From the NCBI GenBank assembly GCA_964035545.1, contig OZ037768.1, positions 19,265,700-19,329,699 on the forward strand: 64,000 bases of DNA. The letters are read 5' to 3'. This document shows, piece by piece, positions 36,970-50,462 of the stretch. The position numbers and the translations under genes were made by a program. The stretch's first letter is position 1. Each line of letters opens with the position of its first letter. The notes beneath the pieces were generated by a model. It worked only from the letters and a program-made list of their open reading frames with translations, was not told the DNA's origin and did no database searches. The stretch is from Bugula neritina (lineage: Eukaryota > Animalia > Bryozoa).

Positions 36970-39900
36970 TTACCTTGTGACTTTCATAGTCGTAGCTTTA
37001 AGTGAGTAGAGTGTTCCTTTCCAATGATTCCAGGTGATGCCCTTAGCATATGGCGCATTGTCTCCACCTGATGCGTTGGCCGGATACCAAACACCATTCA
37101 AGTTACTAGAGTGACATGCCTGGTACCACCAAGCTCCTAATAACACAATATAATAATTATTCAAGAAAGAGAGTAGTTCATATTTCAAATATTTTATTAC
37201 ATAAAATCATAATTGAGTACTTCAGTTGAAAGTTTATAGTTTTCATGTAAATTTAATATTACTCCCACAATCTATACTAAAAATTATTTTATTTCACAGT
37301 ATTGGTTTTGGTCAGATAGTGAATGATATTCAAACCTTATTGAATATAATGCAGCATCACTTATATTTATGTTTTAAAATAATTCCACTGTATACAAATT
37401 AGAATTGGAAGTGTAGATTAACATTATTACTTAGATGTACCAGAATACCATATGACACCAGCTGCAATGTTCATAATTATTTATGGTTTCCTATGTTTTT
37501 TTTAAATCCTACCTTTCCATAATACAATGAGAACATTGCATACATGTGAAATGTTTGAAGTTTGAGTCTGGCTAGCTCTAATTAAGGCAAGAATGGTTAC
37601 TTTTAGCATCCTGATTTCTACATGCTGCACACCACATTGTTGTAGTCTATAGTCTGGTGACTTTACCTGTGAAGACCACAGCGCAGTTATCAATATTGCT
37701 ACCATCATGATCTTTGTCTTTTGTAGTAAATGCTTTTCCATTTTCAGACAGAGAGTTTGATGTGTTTCCACTATACCCACTAGACTAAAAAGACAAACAT
37801 TACTTTTTAATGCTTGAATTTCAAGTGTAAGTTACTGAAACTAAAATTCACAGCTAGCTGGCAAATGGTTTTAGCAAATTTAAAACAGTAAGAAATTGTA
37901 AACTTTTATCCCACTATACAACTTTGTTTTAATTTACAATAATACATGTATACATGCAGATTATATACACTAAGTATTTAACAGAAGAGGCTGAGATACC
38001 ACATGACTCTACATACATTAAATTACATAAATCAACAATAATTGCACTCACTGTCAATATGTAGTTGGTAGAGCTGTCACTAATGTAGAAAGTGGAATAG
38101 TTGGCATAACCTGCTTCTCCCTCATGCGTTTTAAGATAAACACCCAACTGTCTGTTGGTTTTGGTCAGATAGTAAATGTTATTCAAACCTTATTGAATAT
38201 AATGCAGCATCACTTATATTTATGTTTTAAAATAATTCTACTGTATACAAATTAGAATTCAAAGTGTAGATGAACATTATTATTATGAAGCAAAGAAAAA
38301 TAGCTCACCTTTTAGTTATCCAATATCATATAGTTGTTTACATGCTGTATATAGACCAGCAGCAGTCTACATGTAATTATTCTATTTATAGTATTGTACA
38401 TATAGTAAATTAACCATTCAGTAGCAAAGCAGTGAATAGTCTTATAGTAAAACTATTACAGTAATCTATTAACATTTTCATCAAATCAATCGTATTAATT
38501 ATAATATCCATGCAATAGCATTCTCAGCATGAGAACGCATAATGAAATTATTACTGTCTGCATTACTTAAAAAGCATGCTTTTTAAATATTTGCAAGTTA
38601 TAGATAATTGAATCATAATTTCTTTTTGAAATAATCACACAAAACCAGGATTTTTGGTTTTACACAAATTATAACTCATACCAAATTTTGCTAGATAAAA
38701 CTACAGTATATTGCATCAGATAATTTTCACGTTTACTAAAAATGCATTTCTTACTAAACTGAATAGCAACGCTTAGCAATTAATTATAGACCACAAAGTG
38801 TTCAAATAAGTTTACAAGTAACAATACTCAGATAGTTAAACTGTTCTATACCAGTTATAATTACTATATTATAATGAATTTTTAATTTTGATATAGGCTA
38901 TATACTGAAATTCTAACTGTTCTCTCCATATAAGCTTAAATATTTTCTAAAAAAAACCGTCATTTACATGACAATAGAAATTGTAGCAAACTCCTCTGAA
39001 ATGTTTGAATAAGATAATATATCTTAGCAATCGTGAGTTTCCTGTCATGTTGGTTAGTTTTACCACAATCGCATTATATGCCAGTGAAATCGTATTGACC
39101 GCTGCTAAACCTATAATTATGCTCACAACAAAATGTTGAATTTACCAAAAATTCAAATGTATACATGGAACATTCATATTAAAACTAACCCAGCCAGTAT
39201 TCTCCTGCAAGGTTACCAAATCCAGCCACATAATCATCCCAACCTCTGTAGAAATCAACAGAACCATCCAGTCTTCTCTGTATTACAGTCCAGCCATGTT
39301 CACTGTCAAACTCACAGTATACATCAAACTCCATAGAAGTATCTGGATCTCTCAGTGTGTAGACACCAGGACATCTTTCTCCAGACTCAAATGCCTCTTG
39401 ACAATCTACAAATAGACGCCCCAATCATAAATCTTTTTCTTTCAGGTTTAAATAGACAAACAGAAGCTTATACATTCATGGGTAAAGTTATAGAGGATTT
39501 AGTATGTCGTTAGAAAAAACATTTTAAAGTAATGTTACCATCTCCAAAATTACTTTCTCCTTTACTTGCTGTTGCATGAGTGTTACTAAACATCTTAGTG
39601 GAAAAAAAGAAGGTGCTTGCTGCAGCTAATACCAATATATAGTTGATACTGTAGGCATTACTAATTGAATGTGGGCTTGGCATCACAACTTAGTATGCAT
39701 ATTGTGTTTTAGATCAAGCTTAGTGATTTCATTATATATTAAAGTTTTATTCATGACAATCTCAGTGCATAAACCAGTTTTCAGTTACAAAATAAAATTG
39801 CTACAAACTAATATATGCCAGTAACTTGGAACCATACATTATGTTTTTTTTCTAGCATAGGCAAACAAAATTACATCTTTCAATTCTAAAATTGACTACA

Positions 39901-42466
39901 GATACCTAATAATAGAATTTATAAAACAAGCCTACATTCTATTGGTTTCTTGACCATTTAAATATTAAGTATAATAGCTATTCTGTTGCAGTGGGAGCAT
40001 CTCTTACCTATAAATTATATGAACTTTGATTTCCAAATCCTCTCTGAATGTTTTCAAGATGTATCTAAAAAGAATTTACTATGTGAGTTTTGTCATTGAA
40101 TCAAAAACATCTGCGCTATTGTTTAGAAGATAGACTCAAAAAATTAGCAATGCTTAGAAAACCATCTGTTGATTTAAATCAGCACATAATTGGATATACT
40201 TTTATTCATCCTCCAGTTTAACCCAAAACAAATAAATTTTTACAAAATATTGTGAAGCTAATACAACACTCAGAACAAAATAAGAAACTTGATTAGAATA
40301 TATGAAGCCATAGTAACAAATTCAATAGCATATAACCTGTATAGCTATTCTGAATTAATAATGAATTGTATTATTTATTAAAAGAAACTTTTCAGTCACA
40401 TTAAAAAAAAATGTTTTCTGAGTTGAAAATTGAAATGCCTGTCTTTTGTAATTTTAATACTATTAAAAGCCATTGTAAGAACTTTAATTAAGTCATCATG
40501 GGGAAATGACTTCAAAATTTTCATGTAAATTTAATATTACTTATAGGGGCAAAGATATAACTGCCATGCATTTGAAGCCTTTTTGAAAAACACTAATGCT
40601 AGTGAAAGTTTATAGAGCATAAGAAATCTGGCTATTAGATATGATATATCAAGCAGATATGGGTCTCTGACTCTCAGCTAAACAAAAATTGCCAATTTGA
40701 CACTTAACATCAAGTGATTGAGTCACCAGAATTATCAGTATTTTTGAAAGTTTTGATATACAACAAACTTTAAATATATAAACTGCAAATTGTCACCTGC
40801 TCTCAATATATATATGCCTCTGCTATCGAATTTTAAATCTTATTTTAATAGAAAGCAAGACTTTATTTTTCAATACATGTTTTACGTTAATTTTATTTCA
40901 AAAAGAATTTAGAAAGAAACTTTGAAAGCTTACTGCTTTTAGTTTTATAAAGCAATTCTTATAATATGCCAAGGGTTTTCCAGTCAGTAAAAAGTTCCAA
41001 TCTCTATATTACTCTCAATTTAAGAAAAAGTAACTAGGGCTATAGGAAAAAATTGCCTTCTTTTTTTATTTAGATTAATATAGGTATTTATAATAGCTAT
41101 CTGTAACTAGTGACAGCTTTTATAATAAATAATGGCAGTCTGTAACAGGTGACAGTCTATATGTGACACTATCTAGCTATAGTGACAGCTTTTAACAGGT
41201 AAAAGTATTTATAGCTAGTGACAGCTTAAATAATTTGGTGACAGTCTATAAATGGTAACATTTTTTAATTATCTGCATGCAGTCTTTAACCGTAAGTGAT
41301 AATGGTGTAGACAAAGATACATAAATGACTTTGAATATTTGAAGCCTTTTAATAACCTGATTACACAGCTTTAGTTTGCTAACCAGTGCCATATATCTAA
41401 GATGATAAACAACAGATTTCAACTTTTAACCTGAGAGCAGTATGCCTTTTAAATAATGTAAAGATAGAGGCACAATACAATAAATATTATATTTTCGATT
41501 TTATTAATTATTATTTTGCAAGTTTGCTGTTAATTTTCAATAGCCCTAATGGCATTTTATAAATGTAGAAAAAATTTAGGAAAAATATTCTCCTATCATG
41601 CGCGTAACTATTTGAATCATTTTGATATAATAAAAAAAATATTATACTTATGGATTTTTCTTCAAATTCTTTTAGATTTTTATTGACCTAATTAAAGTAC
41701 CTTGTTATCAATTTGCATACAAACCAAATTTGTGCTGCTACCACTAAAATACAGGTCTAGAGGGCAAGTGAAAAATTGACAATCTTGTAGAGAAACATCG
41801 TACAGAGTAGCAACACATTCCTTATCTTCCAGACATAGGTGTGAGCATATCAATAAAGAAGGGACATCTGAAATACATCTCATAAAAGCAAATAAATTAA
41901 TATACAGCTATATCAGAAAATATAGACAAGTAGCTGAAATTGAACTCCTATATAAATTGTAGTTATCAACAAAATTTGCTATGTTATATATATTCTAATC
42001 TCTGCTATATATTAGTTGATTATCAATATGAATTATAGAAGTTTACGCATTCAAGAGACTTCAACATACCTCTGTAATGAAAACAGCATGTTTCTGCAGA
42101 TCTTTTGTATATATGTATTATATCTAGCAAGCAACAGGTAAAATGCCTAACATATCTTTATAAGTTCTTTCTCTATAATATGGTAGCATATATAGGTTAT
42201 CACTACATATTACTATACACTATATTATAGCTGCATATATTGTATATTACGTAAGTGCTGTATTAAGTATAATAGTCGAGGCTATATAGTGATGGAGTAT
42301 ATAATATTTTATACACATTACCTTCTACTAGTCTATATGGTGTCCACATAGATTCATCTCTGATTTTCATTATATAGGAGAAGTGATAGTTGGCAGAGTT
42401 TTGTAGAGTTATGCATGCCAAGAGATTTATTACAAACGAAACTGCTAATATTGAAAAGAAATGCAT
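36970..42466 (-). pseudogene. PAN-FReD gene 5 (inverted paralog of gene 3) with a premature stop in the linker exon
   Basis: Exons 42466-42322, 41867-41701, 40064-40008 (57 nt rather than 52, ending ..TAT AAT TTA TAG|gt), 39405-39190, 38188-38052, 37784-37667, 37136-36970. All other exons are open. Confidence 0.82.
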
Positions 42467-43203
42467 TTTTAGTAAAGGGCATGCAGCTGCACCTAATGCA
42501 AGCTACGTGATGGTTATCTTTGAATAACTTTGTAAATTTATATATAACTATAAATAACGATTTACTCCTATTTTGAAATTTTAAGCAGGAAATGGGCATA
42601 TCAAGCATTTATGTATTCATAAATTAAGTTTTGTTGGCTTGGAGATTTATGAGAACTCCACAATAAACAATAGCTTTGTCACATATTTGATATATTATCA
42701 ATGTAACTAAATTTCTTTAGTAATATTATATTTTTGACAAATATTGACATTGATTTTATGCTAAAACTTCAAAAAGAAAATCATTCTAGTGGAATAATTA
42801 TTATATATTATGCTTTGATGTTTTGGTTCGGGAATATGAAAAACATTTAATCCTTAGAAATAGGTTAGTATTGATGTGCTCCACCCGCCCATTTTTGCAT
42901 GTTGGCACCCCCACTATATGCTTTGTTTCTGGTATTGTATGAAAAACATTTAATCCTTAGAAATTTGATATAATATACATAGTAGGACTTAGAATTGTAG
43001 TGCTCAGACCCGAATAAATATTATACTATATTGATTTTTTAAATAGGAACAACAGCCTGTTAAATCACATCTCCATGTTCAGTCAATTTTTGCAATTCTC
43101 CAGTCTAGCATAGCATCTAGGATTTAGTTGTGCTTCTTATTATAGCTTCTTATGCTAGTAGTAATATTTAATGCTACTTTTAATAAATAATTACAGAGTA
43201 TTA

Positions 43204-43360
43204 TCATCTTGTAACCATCATTGTGGTGGCTCTTTAAGGGAGTAGCGAAACCCTTTCCAGCTTTCCCATACGATGCCTCGTGCAAAAGATAAAGTGCCAT
43301 GAGGTAAATACCAAACTCCGTTCAGGTTGGCCATGTGACAGCTACGAAACCACCATCCAG
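43204..43360 (-). pseudogene. Orphan FReD exon D (duplicate of the last exon of gene 2)
   Basis: GWWFRSCHMANLNGVWYL..WESWKGFRYSLK; +3 nt at 43299-43301 and +2 nt frameshift at 43231-43232; upstream exons absent. Confidence 0.88.
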
Positions 43361-44091
43361 CTGCAATAAAGTTAGATAAGTTAACAATAAAGACTAACTT
43401 ATACTAAGTCCTATAGGCTATATATAAGTAATTAGAAATTGCATGTACTTAGTATTTGAACTGAAAATGAAAGTAAAGCTTACACAGTATCTTTTGCTGA
43501 CGTATCATATTTTCTTTATAAAATTATTAATAATAAAATCTAACAAAAATAAGCCTAGACTTTTCAGATTTTTTACTGTTGAATGTCTCCTATATGAAAC
43601 ATTTAAATCATTCTATTAGATTTATATTAGAAAACCATAAAATAAACAATAAAAAAGCAGCAATTATAATATTGTATAACTTGACAATAAATTAACAGTT
43701 GCATGGGATTTACTTTTTTACTGCAATAAGTGCCATATGGTTATATAAATGTAAATTTCATAACTGCTTTTCACCAGTACAAGTTTAATGGAATATTTAG
43801 TTTGTAACCTAATTATTGACATCAGTTTATTTAGAAAAAATAAAAGACCAGCTTTTGATGGCTGTTAATGTGGTAGAGATCCTTGAACTAAACAATAAAA
43901 TAGAAATAATAAATATAAACTATACTTACACTAATACTAGTACTATTCACCTACTAACAAAAATAATAAATAATATTAATCTAATTACCAACATTCCTAA
44001 TACTTATAGTTATATGTAATACAAGAACTAACGATACATTTGTTGAGGTTTCTCACGTAGTCAAATTGAATTATATATATATATACATATA

Positions 44092-44365
<274 letters not shown>

Positions 44366-45879
44366 GCTGTTATATAATCAATAATATACATTTAACACCA
44401 AAATACAACATTACATTAAGTGAGCAAATATTTTCATGATTTGAAACTAAAGATAAATTAGTTGCATATTTTATGACAGAATTGCCTGTAAGGAGCAATC
44501 AATAACTCTAGTAATTTGTCTACATCTCAGGCATCAGATGTTACAGTAACCAAACTACAATCATAGTTTACTACCACTAGGAAGTTTCAACTTCAAAATG
44601 TGTAGATATTGTTTTCTCAACTGTAAAAAATGATGTTTTGTAACATTAACCAAGTTTACCAAGCTCATCCTAGAATTATTAAGTATTCAATTGTTTTTAT
44701 GTCTATCCGACTCATGTATCTTCCAAAGCTTTTTATTTCCACCAAAAGTCATGATGTCATAACTCCAATCTCAGCAGATTTAATTAGTGCTACAGTCTTG
44801 CATGACATTAAAAATGAACTGGTAAACCTCAAAATAAGTAGGTTCTTTAAAAGTTCTTGTACCAGTAAACACAGCAGGAGAGATGGTTTGAGAACAGCTT
44901 CACCAGTAACCTACTAACTGAATTAGCTGAAAAGCTATTAGAATACACTTGTGGTTAATTATGACTTTTAAGTAATAAACTATGACTCTCAGGTTTTATA
45001 TAACTTCTGATACATTAAAGTGAATGTTGTATTTTAACAATGTGTTCAGTTAAGTATATGTGAAGAGAAAAGTAATTAAACAGAAGGTAACTTTGATGTA
45101 AAGTTTCTACAGCATTATCATCAAACCACAATCAAGCTTAAGTAAATCAAGGCACTTGCAAACTCACAGCTGCTTAACATAAACACACTAGATAGTGGAG
45201 AAAGCGTCTCTTTACAGCAGCTTATTTAATTTTTGTATTATAACAAATTAAAATGCAATATAAATTCTTTAAATAAATAATTCAGGAGTATGTTGTCCCG
45301 GCCCCTGAGAGGGATAACTGATGTGTACATAGCTTTTTGTACAGAAGGAAAACCTGCGTGTAAGTAAATGAACCAGGACCAGATGTGAAGTATGATAATC
45401 TAGAGATATCTTTGTTAAAGAATATGATAAAGTTAATTTGACAGTATAGTTTCAATTTATCTCCCATGCAAATACACCACATTGATTATGACCACTGCCC
45501 TTACTTCCATGCGAAGCAGCTATACATGGTGTTGAATAATTGTCTCAAAATACTATAACAAAATTCTGATTGAATTGAACTTATTATTCATCTTGAATTT
45601 GGTTGAATAACTTTTCTATATTTACTTTTATACCAATCATGCACTAAGTTATAGAAAAAATAAGGGAGTAAGTTTTAGCAATAAAAATATAGCATTTATA
45701 CTGCAAGGTATAAAATTTATGATGTTTAGAAACTAAAACTTTAATAAATAAATTTCGTTACAATAATCTCATTGTACAAAATTATGCAATGCAATTAGAT
45801 TATCTGAATTATTATTTGTTGGCAATGCCCAAACATATGGATAAATAACCTTACTTTCAACAATCAAACAGTTGAAGCA

Positions 45880-47445
45880 ATGTCATTAATAATGCACCTC
45901 ATTTCTGAGCTACTAACAAGCAACATTAAAATGTCTCTTTGTACTACTCTGCTACTAGCTATACGGAGATTTCTATCCACCTATCTATATTTTGTAAATG
46001 TTATTGTGTTAACATTTACCTTCTATTTGGACTACAGTCCTACTCATCATTTGTTGTCAACTTTGGTGTTATCTGGAGCTCTGGCAAGTTTAATGTAAGT
46101 TTTATTCATATATATACTTATAGTTCTTTTTTTGGAAGGTAAGCCGAATAATTAAGTAATACTAATAAGTATTTATGTTCAACTGTGAAAAAAAACTTGC
46201 TCATGCTTTCTACCATAGAAACTATTACTATAATGATTATATTTGTAAGTGAATTTAAGTTGAAACATTCTTCGTGCATTACGTTATGCAGCTCTCAACT
46301 CCAGGTCAAGGGGCAACTGTATTTATGATTGTGCACATATAATATTTAAGAATTTTTTATTTTATTTTGTTGAGTTTGTGTTATATAATATTGGGTATGT
46401 TTATTTAAAATATACATAAAACATATAATTTGTTTAAATGACATTCATTTATCATGCATGTGTATTCTTGAAATGAAGCTCCCAAACCGTTGGCTGTCAT
46501 ATTCAATATAAATCAAATACCATTCCAGACTACCCTGCATGCAGGAATAAAGTATTATAGTAACAAGTATTTTATTATTATTTTAAGCCTTTCAATACTA
46601 TAGGAACTGAAGTGCTTGAAATTAAATTAATCTTTCAATGCACTATATTTTCAATTCTAGATCAGAACTGGTCAAGAAGAAGGACCAGAGTTTAGACTTT
46701 GCCGAGTCAACAAACAGTTTCAGCCCACATTTCAGTCGTCTTCAACTCCTGCCTCCTCTCACCAGCAGAAGCTCTTCTCTAACAACTTTATCCGACTTAT
46801 CACCGACCATCTCAAGATCTTCTTCATGGGCATCTCTACCTGAATTATCCACCACCTCTTCATCCATTTTCTTCTCCAGCTCATCTGCTACTGATATCTC
46901 CAGATTCTCCTCCTGCACATCTATTACTGATTCATTTGCTACGACCTTTTCACCACGTTCATTATCATCTCAGCTTTTCTCTTCTACATCATGTGATGCA
47001 TCTTCAATCAATCTAGAAGATTTGAAACTAGGTAGGTTTTATCTTCTTTTGTCAGTATGCCATGCTGTTTTATCTACTAGCATATTGGAGTGAGCATTTC
47101 TAGAAGCATTAATCATTAGTAAATATAGTAAGATAATTTACTCTAATATTACAAGCACTCATCATATAACAGTATATACTCTATCTTTTAGTTATAGGTG
47201 TCATAGTAATGTAATATTATTGTATATATACCATGTGTACAATATGTTACATTATTATTACAGATCTCAGCTCGCTAAGTGACTGCACATCCATTAGTTA
47301 TACAGGAGAAGAAAACAACTTCTCTGAAAATGAGCAGCAAGTGCTTCAAGAACGTAGAGTTCACATAAACCGCAGAAAAAGAATATGGCGGCGCATAAAA
47401 CGTGCTTTCACATGCTGTGTGTGCATCTCACAGCCAGAGGAGTAA
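45880..47445 (+). CDS. Hypothetical ~255-aa protein: hydrophobic N-terminus, Ser-rich middle, basic/Cys C-terminus
   Basis: Exons 45880-46094 (AT|gtaagt), 46661-47031 and 47264-47445 join in frame (768 nt). Exon 1 is less certain; no recognisable family. Confidence 0.55.
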
Positions 47446-48396
47446 AGCACCTGATTTAATTACATAATATAATATATTTGACAATTTTGTGTGTGTGTGT
47501 GTCTGCGTGTGCGTGCATGTGCGTGTGCGTGTGTTAAAGTGTTAGTGTGCCTGCGTATGCGTGTGTGTGCATGTGTGTGTCTGTGTTAGTGTGTTTGTTT
47601 ATGTGCATAACAATCTTATCTGAATATTTTTATTTATTTTTGTCTCTTTTAGTTACACAAGTAACTAGTGTGCATTGAAAGTATATTGGAATCTTATTAT
47701 TAATATAAATAAAAACATATTATAATGCAATTCTGGCCGGTTATGTTATGTTTAAAGTGTTTAATAATATATGCTATAATCAGCAGTATAGCTTGAATGT
47801 AGGCAAGCAAATTACAAGTGATATAATGCATTATATTTGGCAGCTAGTTTATAACCAACAGAACTATTCAACATGACAGTTTATATCATTTGAGAATCCT
47901 TCTGCAGTAACTTTGCCTTCAACTACACTGGGAGTATACAGACTTTGCATATTGTTGGCAAAGTTTTGCCTATTTGAAGAAAATATTATGTTGTTAAGTA
48001 AATCAGCTAAGACAGCCTTTATGATAAAGTGTAATGAGTGAGAGCATGGTAGTTGGTAGTTCATAATTGGTGGCTTAATGAAGTATTATCATATAACACT
48101 GCATGTGTACAACGTACTACTAAGTAATAGCTGTGCTGTTTTGTTGACACAATTCTATAATCAACTCATGAAACACTTTTCATTATATATGCTAGTTAGC
48201 CATAAATATTTCTTCACTTTTTTTTCGCAAAATGAAAAACAAACTAGTTTAAGTAGCATTTTTAATAGTCTACACAATCTTTTTTTAATCAAATCTGATA
48301 TCTTACAAGTTTTTTAAACAATATATGTGTACATAATACACAAGTTTTTATTTTATTGTTGCAGGTTTTCTGGAGTAGTCCTCTCATCTGTATCTA

Positions 48397-48611
48397 AAAA
48401 CTCGCAGAAGTTTATATAGTTATCATCCCTGTGAGAAACCCTTGATGAAAAGGGTTTTTGATAAATGGAGTTAAAAACTTATTTGGATGGAGCACAGGAG
48501 CAATTATGACTAGATTCTCTTCCTAACATCACCAATGACCTTTGTCAGGGATTGAACCCATGACCTCGTGTTTACTAGGCAAATGTGCTACCCCTAGACC
48601 ACGGCTGCTCC
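48397..48611 (-). mobile_element. tRNA-Thr(AGT)-derived SINE, best-preserved copy
   Basis: Minus strand GGGAGCAGCCGTGGTCTAGGGG (A box)..CTAGTAA (anticodon loop)..GGTTCAATCCC (B box), then body CATTGGTGATGTTAGGAAGAG; five copies in the window. Confidence 0.82.
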
Positions 48612-49184
48612 CTCCTGTAGCCTATAATATTATACATAGATATATATATATCTGTTATTATATTATAACTAACCTTCCAGGTACTATCATTTTCTATATG
48701 TCACGTTATTACATAACCTGTTGTATGAAACATTTGGCAATCAGCCTATGAGTTGGGTATGTGAAGCAAATTTTACAAGCTTTTAAACCAATGATATATT
48801 TAACATAGCATATGCATTCGTTGTGTTGAATTTTTTTAATAAAAACTTTCTCAAGTTCATACTGTTTACGACTAAAAATACCAAATACTTTTTTGATAAA
48901 CATACTTTATATTAGTACAGAAAATTAAAAAAACTAAAATTATAATCTTATATTACGAAAATATTATGCAATTATTAACATTCAGGTTAGGCAATCTTTA
49001 AATGATTGATAGACTAGTCAATTTGAATTTATAATTTATCTGAAATAAGCACAAATTTAGTGAGCATTAATGGCGGCTATAATTAATACGCTAATGCTAA
49101 AACTTGAAAAGTTAAGATTGAAGTATAATGATTATGTCATTAAAATGTTTCAGCATTTGTCTCGACCAAATAATTATGAAAACA

Positions 49185-50462
49185 TTATAATGTCTCGCAA
49201 GCAAAAGCATCGGTGTTGCTGCAGCCATAATCATGCATATGGTAGTCAGTATAACTAGTGATGCAGAGATGACCAGTATCGTCTGGTTGACCTTCTCCCC
49301 AATCTCCGTACACAATGTCGGACCTGATTCTCCCGTCCCACATCCAACTTCCATTTACGTTATGAGCTCCAATATGAACTCTTTTACCTTTAAAAGTTTT
49401 CCACACTACAACAAAATACATCAGTTTACAACAACTATAATTTTTAACTGCATGATATTAAACTTATTTTCAGTATTTACAGAATGGCTTAATTCGTCAT
49501 CCAATTAAAGTTACTTTGACAAAAATTGTTTACCACTTATTTTTGAATTTATATAATCTCCAATTATATAATTGCTTATAGCTATTGCTCAAGACAACCA
49601 AGTGCAAAAACAACTATTTACATTGTCAATCTAAAAGCTTTTTTCAATTTTAAGAGCATAAAAAGTTGAAAGTTCCAAAGAGTTAAATACCAAATGTTGG
49701 AAAATTTTGAAAAAATAAATTAACTCTCACAGGAATTAGATCTTCTAGCAGAACCGAACCAGTTTACAGCCTCTACAGTGTTTAGAACTATCAGGTCTTC
49801 TCCAGCTGATCTGCAAAAGTCTCTGGCGCTTGTCCAGTCTAGAGGCTTATCAACAATTCTAACGCAGTTATCAGATCCAGGGTTATAGAGATAACCACTA
49901 GGACATTGCACTTTGCCCTCTACAGTTGTAAATACAATTAAATAGAATAAGTCAAAGTATTTTTCTTCAAGACTTTTGCAAACAAATTATATAGCAGCTG
50001 GTTTAAAGCAAAATGTTATACAAGCTATAATCATGCAAATGAAAAATGAAAACAATATTTCCTAAAGTCTAATTCAACTTCACATAGCAAACGGTTTTGT
50101 TGATAAACAAAATATGAAGGGATGCTGACAATTTACAGCTTTATAGATGTTTTATAGTAGTAAATCATGCAAAAAATAAAAGCCATAAAGGCAAAGTTGT
50201 TTTCATACTGCTAAAGTTTTAGGGTCTGACAAAGACATTTGACAAACGATGTTTTTAAAAAGTTATGCTTTTTACCATTATATTTTTTAAAAGTCTTGAA
50301 AATTTTTTTAGATTAATTATTCATGTTATAAGTTCTTGCTTCGGGTTAGAAATTCTATTTTGAAATAATATGTTGTGGTATATACTTACGGCATAGTTGG
50401 TCTACTCCAAATGTACTTGTAAAAACGAGTAAAACTGCAAAACACAAATGAAACTTTTTCAT
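49185..50462 (-). CDS. Secreted single-domain C-type lectin, 160 aa, QPD motif
   Basis: Exons 50462-50390 (signal MKKFHLCFAVLLVFTSTFG), 49919-49731 (CPSGY..C..W..ARDFC..L) and 49405-49185 (HIG..WMWDG..WGEGQPD..C..MHDYGC..FACE); 483 nt in frame. Confidence 0.9.

Noticed and set aside
43870-44070. Possible LTR fragment at the duplication breakpoint
   Set aside because: Starts with TGT but no matching end or TSD was found.
48540-48611. Possible tRNA-Thr gene (also 20721-20790)
   Set aside because: Acceptor and anticodon stems pair poorly, and the sequence continues into a shared repeat body; it is a SINE head.
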